DNA of 64,000 bases from Pavona decussata (Eukaryota), in contig CDRNST010000027.1 in assembly GCA_977016875.1 (NCBI GenBank), positions 1,984,001-2,048,000 on the forward strand. Direction: 5' to 3'. A program made the position numbers and the translations under genes. A model generated the notes under the pieces. That model saw only the letters and a program-made list of their open reading frames with translations, was not told where the DNA came from and did no database searches. Of the stretch, positions 1 to 12,446 are shown in pieces (the first letter of the stretch is position 1; each line of letters opens with the position of its first letter).

Positions 1-1097
1 TTCTGGAATAGGACTACATTCCTAGGAATTCAAATGCATCAAATATGCCTGTGAACATATATATAAAGCTTTTGCAAAAGTTTATAACCAATCACTAGAG
101 CAAGGCATTGTCCCGGACATACCACATACTGAAGCTGTCAAAAGTAACACCAATAGATAAAGGCGGTGAAATTACAGATGCAACAAATTTCCAAATTTGC
201 AAATATTCCTCTAATTTATATATTATAACAGTCAGTGTATGAGCAGTGCGTGTGTCATCTGTGAGTGTGTGTGTTGAATATGTATATAGATGTTTACATT
301 TAAAATGCTTCTTTACAAGACTAGTACCTAACTTAGAAAACTATATGGTTTACTTAGGCACTAGGCGTTTCCACATTAGATATTTATGTTTAGTTATCCG
401 TATTAATGTTTTTAAAACTTTAAATTAACTAAATATTCATATATGTGTTAAATTAATACTATCTTAAAAGGAAATGTGAAAATAAAGTTGTTGTTGTTCT
501 TGGTACATACTTGTAATGATAACAAGAAATCCCTGATAAGAGGTTTTTGGATTTACTGGAGTACAAAATGACTCTTAAATTAATTATAGTTTGTCAGCGA
601 AAGTTTGCAGAAAATTATGTCTTCCCAAATTTACTTCAAAAGAGAAATCGAACAGCTGTTTCACTTTATGATTTACTAAAAAGAGTTTCAAGTCTTTTCT
701 AAAGTGAAGTATGTGGAATCTAGTTCACACTGCATGTCCTTGTTTTCTGTCTGAATGTGTGATATCTAGAAAACCAATTCACCTAATGGTTCGATCCTGA
801 AACTTTTTAGAAATAACTTAAAATGGTTTGGTGAACTTGCAGGCTCACAAAAATCTTATCATCTTTGAGCTCTAATCTTTTACATTTGGCCGTGGTTAAT
901 GTTGTCACACACATCTAATGAGACACAAGCCAATGCCTTGATCCTTCCTTGAATGAAGTGCGTGCATTAAATTTATATTTTCCACCTATGCAACAGGCTG
1001 GCAACCCTTATAGAATAAATAGAACACATCTGACAGGGGTCGTGATGTGTCTTAAATGTTTGGCTGTTATTAATGTGTATTTGTCCTTTTCTATTAG

Positions 1098-2837
1098 GTA
1101 CAAACAGATGCTCAGCAGATCGGTCCAACTCAGTTTGTTTTCAACTTACTTGATGTTGAAAGCATCCACCATGTGGTAATATTTCTTACTGGTGTCACAC
1201 CATTTCCAGATGGGATGGGTGGGGCGGTATACTACTGTTATCCAACCCCCGAGGGACCAGCTTCACAGCTACTGGGATTCATTGCAAACACCAAACCAAG
1301 TGCTATATTTAAACTTGCAAAGGTATCATTTCAATTGATTTGCCATACACATTAATTAAAATAATATTAAAACTAATATAAATGTTATTGAAGAGAAGAA
1401 GGCAAAAGGTTCTGGCAAACTGATCCTAACATTGTGTTGCAACATTTTGTTTGTCCAACATTTTACAGCATAATTTTAGCACTCCTTGTTAGATTAATTT
1501 AAGTTTTAGAGCTGTCACAAGGGGCCATAACCCTTGACCCTTCAACCCCTAATATCAAAGAACAAATTCTCCTATCTTGTCCCCTATACTTTTCTTATAA
1601 AAGTACTTGAGAGAAGTTATTAACATAACAAGAAAATTCTCCTTGGGTGATCATATCCTTAATTCTCATGACCTAAGGGGTGAATAAGCACTGATGTTAC
1701 AAGGAGAAATTTGAGGCTGGTCACTGTTAGGGCTTAGCTCTTTTGACATTACCAGTGATACGTAGTCCCTAAAATTGTTATTTTAATAATCATGTACACA
1801 TTAAGCAAATGCAAATCGAAATTTATTACTTAACTATTTCCAGAGTGCAGGAAAATGCATCCAGAAATGGCGCTTAAAATTCTTAAATCCTTTGACAGAG
1901 AACAGCAAAGCAAGAATTAGAAATTTGAAGCCAGTAGAATATTTTACAACATCCCAAGTATTACGTTTAAAGGGTAGACTGATTCTGTGGGGAATTTTGT
2001 GCTTGGATACTGTCGAACCTGTACTAAAAGATAAGGGCGTTAGTTTGTAAAGACACTGCGGTGCTGCGTCGGTGGGGAGTAGAAACAGATGTTTGGTTTA
2101 TAACAGAGTTGATAACTAAAGGTAAAATGGCCACCGTAAAGAGATTCGGTGGCCAAATTTACCTTTATTTATCAACTCTGTTGATAAAGCAAACATCTGT
2201 ATTGAAAGACGCCTCGTGGTTTGTATGAATTATATACATTTAACGTATGGACCCGAGGGAAACAGTTAGTTTTGTTTTCCCGAGAGTCCTGATGTTTCGT
2301 CTCGGGAAACGTCAGGACTCGAGGGAAAACAAAACTAACTAGTTTCCCGAGGGACCCGAGGGACCGTACTCGTTTTGTTGAGTGAAAGTCTAGGTAAATA
2401 ACAAAACGTTTTATTTGATGGCTCAATGACGCGGCTTCATTTTCACCTCAAAATCGAATCTATTACTGTGCTTTCAAACTAAGAGATCAGTTTTATTTCA
2501 GGTTAAACCAGAGGAAAGGGTGCAAAACCCATTTTCAATGGACTCCACAGAGACCACACATACAGGCGCTCAGATTGGCATCTCAATTGAACCCCTGAAT
2601 CAGTTGGCCCAGCAGACACCAGTGTGTAATGCAACACCGTCTAATTTGAACGCATTTGTCGAATACACGCAAAAAATGCTGGAGAATTTCTTCAATTTCG
2701 CGTCGTCCTTTGCCATGACACAGGCACAAATGGCGCCGAATCCGTCCGAGAGCTTCGTTCCGCTCAGTGTAGTTCAAAAGTGGTATGAGAACTATCAAAG
2801 AAAGATGGCAAACGATCCTAACTTCTGGAAACGATGA
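1098..2837 (+). CDS. HIKESHI: Protein Hikeshi (Hsp70 nuclear import carrier), last two coding exons 1098-1322 and 2502-2837; first exon not found in the window
   Basis: AG/GT-bounded phase-0 exons translate [17 protein letters not shown]...[22 protein letters not shown]...KPSAIFK and ...GISIEPL...[12 protein letters not shown]...[27 protein letters not shown], matching the conserved Hikeshi/OPI10 (DUF775) sequence. Confidence 0.95.
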
Positions 2838-5470
2838 TGTCGTAATAACAGCATGCATGTAATATCTAGGAAAGGAGGTGGACTTGGAGTGGTTTTCTCA
2901 TGACTATCGTAAAACCGAGGCTTAAGTCATTTCACCCGCCCAGTCGCAGCTGTGAACCAATCAGAACTCGAAGCAACAACGAGTAACTTTGTGCAAAGCG
3001 CGGGAAACCCGTATAATCCGGGTAGCATAGTTTTACCGTAGTTGGTCAGTTTTTTAACTTCCTTAATATAGAGCCAATCCGAGGCGATAGGCATTAACAA
3101 GTAAAGCAAATACATGCGACTGATTTCGACACTCAATTGGAAAACCGCTTGAATATAAAATAAAGGCTCAAGATTTAGATTAGAGACTTTTAGATTCTAG
3201 TACGACTACGAGTTTTTCCAATAGACAAAAAGAGCGCGCGAGAGGGTCACGTGAGAGTGAACCAGGGTCATTTTGGCGGGAAAACGAGATAACCGTCGTT
3301 ATTTTACTACTAGTTTTTGTGAGAACGGTGTAGTGGCGAAAACAAGTCCTCGTAACGTAGGTGATCTCGTCGTTTTGGAATCACAAACCAGCTCAAAACA
3401 ACTGCATCAAGTTCGTCGCTCACAAAGAATAAAATTAATCTTCCTGGGATATATCTATTCTTAGTACCTCGCTAAAATCTTGAAGTCAAATCTTCGTATT
3501 CGTGCTCGTCTTCGTTAGAATCTAAAGGCCTCTAGTACTGCTCAGAATATAAATGCTTGTCCATCAACCTAGAATTAGATACAGTGTAGTAACTTAACAG
3601 CAAAAAAGAAGGCTAAAAGCGAGATTATGCAGCTTGTAAAGAGCTGATAGAGATAATATAAATTTAAGCTTTGCTGTAGCTTTGATATGAAGGAAGACAC
3701 GTCTTAAGGATCTGTGTTGGTGGCAGTGATGTTGGCGCGAGGTGGACTTTAAATTTTGAGTTACAGGGCAGGGAAAACGAGTGGCGAGGTCACGAGAAAG
3801 GGAACTACCTTCAACAGGCGTCATCCCTTGGTAGCTTCACCGCTTAAATTTTTCCCTTCATTGCCAACGATACTGCAAGGTCTGCAATCTAGCCTTGCCA
3901 AAGTTTGTGGAATCAGGACAGCTAAATTTGAAAGTTGAAAAGTGACACTTGATCCGTTATCAAGTGGATACTTTGGAATCACAGAGCTGCCTCTGATTTC
4001 CCAGTGCTGGAAAATGTGTTTTCCTTTAATTAGTAGAAACATCTTGAATTCATACCTTGCACTTTAAATCCCGTTATTACTTTGAAGTACTAACTCTGTA
4101 TATGTACTTGGTTGCACTTACATGTAGTTGGCACATTAGAGCTAACGCAAATATTGAGAAAAAGAAAAAAAATGTGTATGATAGAATTTATTGAAAGAAA
4201 CTATACGCTATTGTAATTAGTCGCCACCTAGAATTAGCAAAACTAGCGTTTTACCTCCTGAAAATCACGAAGGCAGACGCGAATCACTGAATGGGTGAAC
4301 TCGCATGAAAGGCGCTAAGCGCCAAAAGTGTGAATTCGTGTGCGAGCAGGGTTAACTGAAAGACAACAAATTATCACCTACAGTATACACGTGATTTAGA
4401 GATTCTTAGATCTTAACTATTACCAATAACAATTATTATAATTTAAAAATGATTATTTCATTTCTTGGCTCATCTTTTCTTGTGTAATGATCTAATGAAT
4501 ATATTGCATTTTAAAACGGGGAGATTTGCCTGGACTGATCGTAGTAAGTTTTGTTCACCCGCCAGACGACGTCCAAGAAAGAAGCAGCCTACACAAGATG
4601 ATTTTCCTTTTGTATTTTGGGGACGGGGGGAATGAAATTAGTTTTAGGCATATATCAGCGAAGCCCAGCTTGCCGTTTTGCGTAAACCTCGCGTTAAGTC
4701 AATAACTACAACAAAATTGAATAAAAAATGTTTTGAGCAACAGCTCATGACTAAATCTATCAATTCAGCAATTCATGCACGACAAAGTTGATCCCAGTAA
4801 AAATGTGTCTCCGGGACATACTGCATGCGCGAAGTTCATCAAGTCCAAGGTCCTGTTGAAGGGACAACATCGCTGCACTATTCTTGGGGCCACATTCAGG
4901 AAGCTACATCCTAAGTATCGTTTCTGAACAATAACATATTGTTATAATGACAATAGGCTATTGTTCAGAAACAAATGTTAGGAAACATCTTAACCAAGGA
5001 GGGCTTCGTAATCTGGCCCCTAAAGCCTGTGCACGGCAAACATAAACCATGGGCCCTGTCGCTGCTACATGCCCTGTCCACATTATCACGCCCCTGTTAT
5101 TTGCCTCCTTAGTGCGTACATAGCAAAATATTTTATTGCAACTGCACATCCCTGCAACATGCCTCCTCGTCTTTCCCACATCCTAACTAAATATTCTATA
5201 TAACAATTCACCATTTTTACAATAGGTGACTTTTAAAGTTGGACGCTAAACTAACTTTAAAGTATTTTCGATCGCGTTTGGATTAAAGTTTTGCTACCCG
5301 GCAAAATTTAATGAGAAGGTCCTTTATAAAGAGGCTTGGCTGTCGGAAGACCGTGAAGTGACCAAATTCGTAAGTTCGTTGTTTCTTTCTCCTAATGTCT
5401 TTCTTTAAGTGGGAAATCTACAATATAGAAAGTACTTGCCCTATCTGTTATAACTGGTTACAAAACATTT

Positions 5471-8400
5471 TCAATACACCATTTCATAGTGCATATCATT
5501 CCCGTTGCCTGTGCCAATGAGATCATCTGCAAACTCTTTCGCTGTAGCGCTGTTTAGTTGACAAAAGTACTTGCCATCCGGCCGTTCACGTAAGTTAAAT
5601 GATTGACAGCGGCAATTTCGGAGGCAGTATGACGTGCAGGCAAACTCGTTCCGAACTATATAATGGGTAATTTTGTGTCCCATCAGCCTCGAGTTCGCTT
5701 GCGTTGTGAACATTGCATCTGCGTCTGGAAAAGAAGACACCTTTTTTTAAATCATTCATTTCTCTAAAGCAACTTTAAAGCTATTTGAACCCTTTAAGCC
5801 CTAGCAGTTATCAGTGTCAAATTTCTCTTTGTAATATCAATGCTCAGTTCAAGCCTGAACTCATGAGAATTAAGGATATGATCACACAAGGTGAATTTTC
5901 TTGATATTTTAATAACTTCTCCCCAGTACTTTTTAAAAAACGTATGGGGACAAGATGGGAGAATTTGTTTTTTGATATTAGGGGCTAAAAGGTGAACCTC
6001 CTAAGAAAACTTAGATACATACAGAAATGTCTCAGATTAGAAGTACATTGTTTTCAACTGTTTCCAAATAATATTTTCCATAGAATATCAGCGTGTTGGT
6101 GTCAAGTAAAGATGAAGAGCGAAACTTTTTTTCTTTAACTCTTTCACACCCAAGAATGTCTGAAAAATTTCCTACTGGTACTGGCAAAAGGAAAGCAAAG
6201 CATAAATAGAGCTCGTGGGCGTCGTTGGCCTGATCCAAAAGTAATGATCACACCATGTCCTCTTGAACACACTTAATTTTCTTAAATAGATCAAAGGTAG
6301 AATTAACAGCTATAAATAAGCAGTTTACTAGGTGAACATGCACAAAATATATTAATGGTAACATTGTGTCCGAGAATCAAACACAGTATTCTAACTCACA
6401 CTAAACTACTGCTTATACAGCGTATACACATTTAGGAATCGAGACTGCTGCATTACAAATCCTCGCAGACACTGGCCGGAGAACGGCCTGAGAGGGTCCT
6501 CTACTGTCCCTCCTACAACTAGGGGGATTTATTCGTGGCGTTGAATCTCCAAATTTTGATGTCACTTGGAGAGAAGGTTGGAGTATTTATAATAGTTTCT
6601 TCAAATTCGCCTTACTGTTCAGTAACGCGAAAACGTTCCTGTAATAAGCTAAGACAAGAGAGGATGCCTCTCTTGGCTACGATATTTCACATGAGAGGTG
6701 GTTCTGGAGCGCGGAGTGACAAAATTAAACGTCTGAGTTGGTTATGGACGAGACACGTAGTAATTACTCAGTTATTTTCGTTTGATCATCAAGAGAAAAT
6801 TGGAAGACCTTTGGACAGTCCGTTATACTTACACGAACCACTGCACGCCGAGGATCGGGTCGTCATGGTGGCGCCATTCCTTAGCATGGGTCCGATCATG
6901 TGTGCACACCAGTATAACACGTTTCCTCTGTTTAGGTCGCATGCGCGGTAAACGTTCTGTACTTCATCTGCAGTTAGGTATCTATTCCAGATGTTTAGAT
7001 TACTCAAGCTTCCATTCAAGTGGTTAGAGAACGCACCTTGTTGTTTGTCCAACAGGGCACCGATTACCAAAGAACCCCCTCCTTTGAGCACTTTTTCTAA
7101 GTGACAAAATAAAAAGGATTCTATAGTGTTCATTTCTGTTTTTCTCTGTCGGTTTTTTTCTTTTTGTTTTTGTTGGTTACGAGTTCGTGAGGAACTCCAC
7201 TTCACCGTGGAGACTATACAGTTATGAAAGCTAGCTGCCTTTACTCGATTTTATTGCTCGGTGATTGGATTAAAAAGTAAAGGTCTAAATGACTTTCCTT
7301 ACTTGTTTTGTTTTTTTACTCGTCCAAAAAATCGGGTGAAGGACATGAAATCGGACGACGGTTACCATTTCATAACAGTCATCGGATCTTGCACCACGTG
7401 ACACGTTTCATCCAATAAAACTGCGGGGAAATTTATCGATGAGTTACGGGGGCTAATAACTATCCAGAAGGGAACCAATCAAATCAGGCATTTGCTTCTA
7501 TCCATGGGTAGCCACCTCCTGGGGTAGTCTACATTAGTGTCTTACCTTGTCTATGTTGACGTGCCAATGTTTCGGCATGAACACCTTCGAAGTATACAAT
7601 CGTTTCACGGTTAGACTGGTCCCAAATCGTGCACACGTGATGCCAGTTCTGGTCGGTAAGGTCGATAGCAGGAAAACTGGAAAATCAAGTTAAGGCAAAC
7701 GGAATGATCGTTATGAAGAGGACGAGCAATCGTGAAGCTTGAATATTGAAAGAAATTGTAATACTGTAGTATTGAAACAAAACGAAATCGGTACAGTCGC
7801 AAACCCATTTTGAATATTTAGGAATTGAGCCTCGTCAAATTTAAAGATTTTAACTTGTTCATTTGAAACCATGAACGTCCAAACGTCCGGCAGAGCGCAA
7901 TACTCTACTCTACTCTCAGAGATCAGGTAGTAGAGTATTGCACAGTTTAGGCAAAAGGGGGAGTCGCTTAGTACACGATTAAATTAATTATCTGATGGAA
8001 AACTGGTGCAGTGAAACAAATTTTGATGAAAGGGCTCAACCGAAAACAATTTTAAAATAGCTCTGAGCACCATCAAGGTGAGGAGAAGGTTAATTATTAT
8101 CAGCAGTGTTGAAAACTAAATGTTATTTGTGCGCCGTAAATTTGAGCGTTAGCCCTTCGCTCCAAATTACTTTCCCCTTCCCCCCCCCCCCCGCACCGGG
8201 TGGAGGAGGGCTCCTATATAAAAGTGACGGGGGTGATCGTCGAACATTTTAACTCCTAAAATGTACGACGGTCATCCCCGTCACTTTTATATGGGAGTTC
8301 CCCATCCCCCGCGGAGAAAACTATCTTAACAACTCCGTTTCAAACCAAGCATTCCCATCAATTCAAGGTGAAGATTTACTTACACAATAGGCTCATCATC

Positions 8401-9829
8401 CATGTAGATATGTATCGCCGATCCATACGTTTCCAAGAGATACGCTTTTTGGAACTTAGTGTTGGTGTACGACAGTAAGGTCATTGACTTTGAACCAACA
8501 GGTTTCTGATAAACGAGTTTCACCCAGAAACAAAACGAGAAATTCGTCATGTCTGGAATATCACCAGTGATTGCATAACCGCCGCCAGCCGAAGATTGCG
8601 GAAAGTTAACATCGAACGGTTCTATGATTTGATAACCAAAAAAAGCAACTTTTTAAAAAGGCATGAGCTACCTCAATCCGCAAACTCATTAACAAGACTC
8701 CGCAAAGAAGGATCGGTCACTGTGGAACTTAAAAAATAACATTACCCATGCGTGGACTAGATATTTGAAATAGATTCAAAATTGTTTATGGTTAAAAATG
8801 ATATTTAACATTTTTTGCTTCTCTGCAGAAACAAATATGTTCTTCGCTATTATTGTCTGTGCGCATGGACGGGACATTCGTAATAATAGCAAACATGATG
8901 TACGTCGTAACTCATTAGCGATCTACATCTTCATTGCTAAATCTGTAAAGATATCACGCCAACATAAAATAAAATAATTTTGAAAACAAGGTTGGTTCTT
9001 TCTTTGACGGTTTTTTAAGAGAACGGACTTTCACACTGCCGTGCCAAGTATAAAATTGACGTTTACAAGAATTTGGTGATGTCAAAAGAGGAAAGCCTTT
9101 CCTTCACGAGTCCGTACGAACGCTGTTCTCTATTACAGCGAATTAAAGTTCGTTTGGTCAGAGTCAGAGTTTTGCAGTTAAAAATAACCCTCAGGAGTGC
9201 ACAACGAACCCTACCCTACCCTGCTTCGATCACCAATACGGACGTAAAAGTCGTTTTCAAAGAATGAAACGAAGAGCCAGAGGATGGTTACTTTCTATGC
9301 CTCAAGACATGCCACTAGCGTGAGCTCAACACCACACAACTTTGCCCCACCAACTAAGGCCAAGTTAACGATCGTGATATCTCTCGCTGGCATCGGAATC
9401 TTAGGCTAAGGACGATCACATAACTGTTATTATAACAACTAGGACGTTGTTGATTTGCGATGAAAAATCAATCATTTACGCGCCACTAACTGACAACGCT
9501 ATTTAATTTGTTGCCTCTAAAAAAGCCGATCTCCGAAAAAGAACTGAATAACACAGACAGTCTTGTCTGATCCTTTACTGCCCGCGTTTGAGAAGTTCAA
9601 CTGCTATTGTAAGTTAAACATTTTCTTTGTCCTTTACAGACTTTTTATGCTCTATACAAAAGTTCATTGACACCACTATTGTTGAAAAATTAAACTAACA
9701 GGGGGAGTTACAAAAAGAGAACTTACCGGAATCACCGACAGAAGCGGATCCTCCTGATTGCGCTGTAAGTGACTGGACATTCGAACAAATCACCAAGAGG
9801 AAAATAAAACTGACCCGGACTGATGCCAT
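5471..9829 (-). CDS. Secreted pentraxin/LamG + PAN/apple protein, copy 1 (exons 9829-9727, 8621-8384, 7676-7546, 7096-6833, 5724-5471; 329 aa)
   Basis: Signal peptide MASVRVSFIFLLVICSNVQS; pentraxin motifs FSFCFWVK, WHHVCTIWD, GGSLVIG and LNIWNRYLT; PAN-type Cys pattern CTSYCLRNCRCQSFN...CQLN. All four introns are GT-AG with consistent phases 1,2,1,1; 990 nt open. Confidence 0.9.
5787..5997. mobile_element. piggyBac-like MITE remnant in intron 4; related copies at ~17370-17581, ~25265-25437 (truncated) and ~1535-1735
   Basis: Degenerate (TT)AACCCTTTAAGCCCTA...TAAAGGGTTA ends and a shared body (CAAATTTCTC...ATGAGAATTAAGGATATGATCACACAAGG). Confidence 0.5.
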
Positions 9830-11127
9830 GTGTAAGGTGTTTCTTTCTTGGAGAACGCTTAACCTGAGTGACGTCATCAAACCGAAAATGCTCAGGGGGC
9901 ACGTGACCTATGCCTCAAATAAAACGATAAAGGAAAAATGAAATAAAACAAACAATAAAAAAAGAAAATTTAAGAGAGAGAAAAAAATAAAATGCTCTTT
10001 AGTCTAAAGAAAGGGAATCCCTTATCCAGCCAAATATTGTTCACCACTTTTCTAATGGTAACTGAACAAGATAAAAGTTAATACTTTTATTTTGCAAGAA
10101 AAACCTTGACCAAACCGGCCTTGTGCTTACATATAATCAATTTTACGTTATACAAAGTTATGAATTCTACGTTTTAGAAGAACGCAACGTTTTTTTGTCA
10201 TTATATGAGACTGAAATAAGGTACAACTGTGGAAATAATTATATAAATATAAAAATTTTATACCTTGTCTTGTTCCGAGTAAACGATAATTCCGATCTGA
10301 AGAAGAATACAGCTCGTTGACAGATGTTCACGTATGTTCTGTCGTGAATTGTAATACCGTCGTGAATTGTAATACCTGTCGTGAATTGTAATACCTGTCG
10401 TGAATTGTAATAACACTTGTCGTGAATTGTAATACCTGTCGTGAATTGTAATAACAGTTGTCGTGAATTGTAATAACGTACCTATCGTGAATTGTAATAA
10501 CCTGTTGTCGTAATTTGTTATAATCCGAGCTGTCGTGAATTGTAATACCACGTTGTCGTGATTTGTAATAAGTCTTAAGAACAAACAATTACAAAAGAAA
10601 ATATAAAAAATGACGCAAGAAAAACAACCTTTATTTTGATCCTTTTGTATTTTTTAAAAATTTGAAACACAAAATCCAGCTTACCTTCGTCGGTAACATT
10701 TGTTTACGCTTTGAAATTGAAGCAAGACAACGTTTTAATTGACCCGAACAGTATAATTTGTCAGGCACCCTTGGTTGGGCAAAATTATTCCTCTGACCGT
10801 ATTTCAGCTGCGTGACTTTTCTAAAATACGACAAAAGTACGCTTTTTCATAACAAAGTAATTTTAAAAATATGAGTGGTGAATGAATACATTTGAACAAG
10901 GAAGTCTCATTCTTTTTAAAATGCTCTGCAAGCGTGTTCAACTTGTCTCAACGTATGAGAGTCACGTACATACTTGACACTCGGTTGTAAATAACAGTTC
11001 CTTGAAGACTTCTCAGAACAAAATCTTCAAAAACAACATTTGAAGAAAACGTTACTCCTGATTCACACAGAGATTACGCTACAGAGGTTACCCCGATAAC
11101 CTTAAAGATAAAATTCTCTCGGACGGT

Positions 11128-12446
11128 TGTTCTGTCGTGAATTGTAATACCGTCGTGAATTGTAATACCTGTCGTGAATTGTAATAACACTTGTCGTGAA
11201 TTGTAATACCTGTCGTGAATTGTAATAACACTTGTCGTGAATTGTAATACCTGTCGTGAATTGTAATAACAGTTGTCGTGAATTGTAGTAACGTACCTAT
11301 CGTGAATTGTAATAACCTGTTGTCGTAATTTGTAATAATCTGAGCTGTCGTGAATTGTAATACCACGTTGTCGTGATTTGTAATAAGACTTAAGAACAAA
11401 CAATTATACAATGATGGTAAAATGACAGGCCAAACACGGCTCCTATTGGTCGAGATAGGAAAAATATGACCTTCAAAGCTAATTTGCTCTTACGAATACG
11501 CCGTCTTTCAAAGATCTCCCTTTTTTGTACGAAAGTAGGAAGGGTCTTTGAAGATCTCTCTTAGCAGAGGCTGATTTTCTATCAAGTGCCATATACTCAT
11601 CTGAATGGTTTTTAGGTAAAGCACAGAAGGGCGCCAATATTCTGCAACAAACGGCAAAATGTTTTTGCGCGTTTTTTGTTTGTTTTGTAGGGCCGGCATT
11701 CTTTCGCTGATATTGACCGTCCGAGAGAATCTTATCTTTAAGGTTATCGGGGTAACCTCTGTAGCGTAATCTCTGTGTGAATAGAGTAACGTTTTCTTCA
11801 AATGTTGTTTTTGAAGATTTTGTTCTGAGAAGTCTTCAAGGAACTGTTATTTACAACCGAGTGTCAAGTATGTACGTGACTCTCATACGTTGAGACAAGT
11901 TGAACACGCTTGCAGAGCATTTTAAAAAGAATGAGACTTCCTTGTCCAAATGTATTCATTCACCACTCATATTTTTAAAATTACTTTGTTATGAAAAAGC
12001 GTACTTTTGTCGTATTTTAGAAAAGTCACGCAGCTGAAATACGGTCAGAGGAATAATTTTGCCCAACCAAGGGTGCCTGACAAATTATACTGTTCGGGTC
12101 AATTAAAACGTTGTCTTGCTTCAATTTCAAAGCGTAAACAAATGTTACCGACGAAGGTAAGCTGGATTTTGTGTTTCAAATTTTTAAAAAATACAAAAGG
12201 ATCAAAATTAAGGTTGTTTTTCTTGCGTCATTTTTTATATTTTCTCTTGTAATTGTTTGTTCTTAAGACTTATTACAAATCACGACAACGTGGTATTACA
12301 ATTCACGACAGCTCGGATTATTACAAATTACGACAACAGGTTATTACAATTCACGATAGGTACGTTATTACAATTCACGACAACTGTTATTACAATTCAC
12401 GACAGGTATTACAATTCACGACGGTATTACAATTCACGACAGAACA
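11128..12446. mobile_element. Second copy of the same element inserted in inverted orientation inside the first; 6-bp TSD GACGGT
   Basis: Same TGTTCTGTCG...CGACAGAACA ends. GACGGT lies at 11122-11127 and 12447-12452. The inner copy carries the uninterrupted target site (TATTGACCGTCCGAGAG at ~11711). Confidence 0.92.
11480..11840 (-). pseudogene. Degraded Penelope-like retroelement RT C-terminal fragment carried inside the TIR element (split counterpart at ~10995-11127 plus 12453-12690 on +)
   Basis: Frameshifted reading LRLLRTKSSKTTFEENV...QRLRYRGYPDNL...ERMPALQNKQK...ILPFV.EY..PSV..LK.I.MS.WHLIENQPLLREIFKDP...KKG resembles the thumb/C-terminal region of Penelope-like RTs as I recall it. Confidence 0.7.

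Noticed and set aside
6032-6238. 68-aa ORF MDQANDAH..., repeated at 17618-17824
   Set aside because: It lies in intron 4, is deleted in intact copy 3 and has no recognisable domain; exons 4 and 5 join in phase without it.
6535-7027. Plus-strand ORFs overlapping pentraxin exon 4 (also 25368-25761)
   Set aside because: Antisense shadows of the real exon, shared only through duplication.
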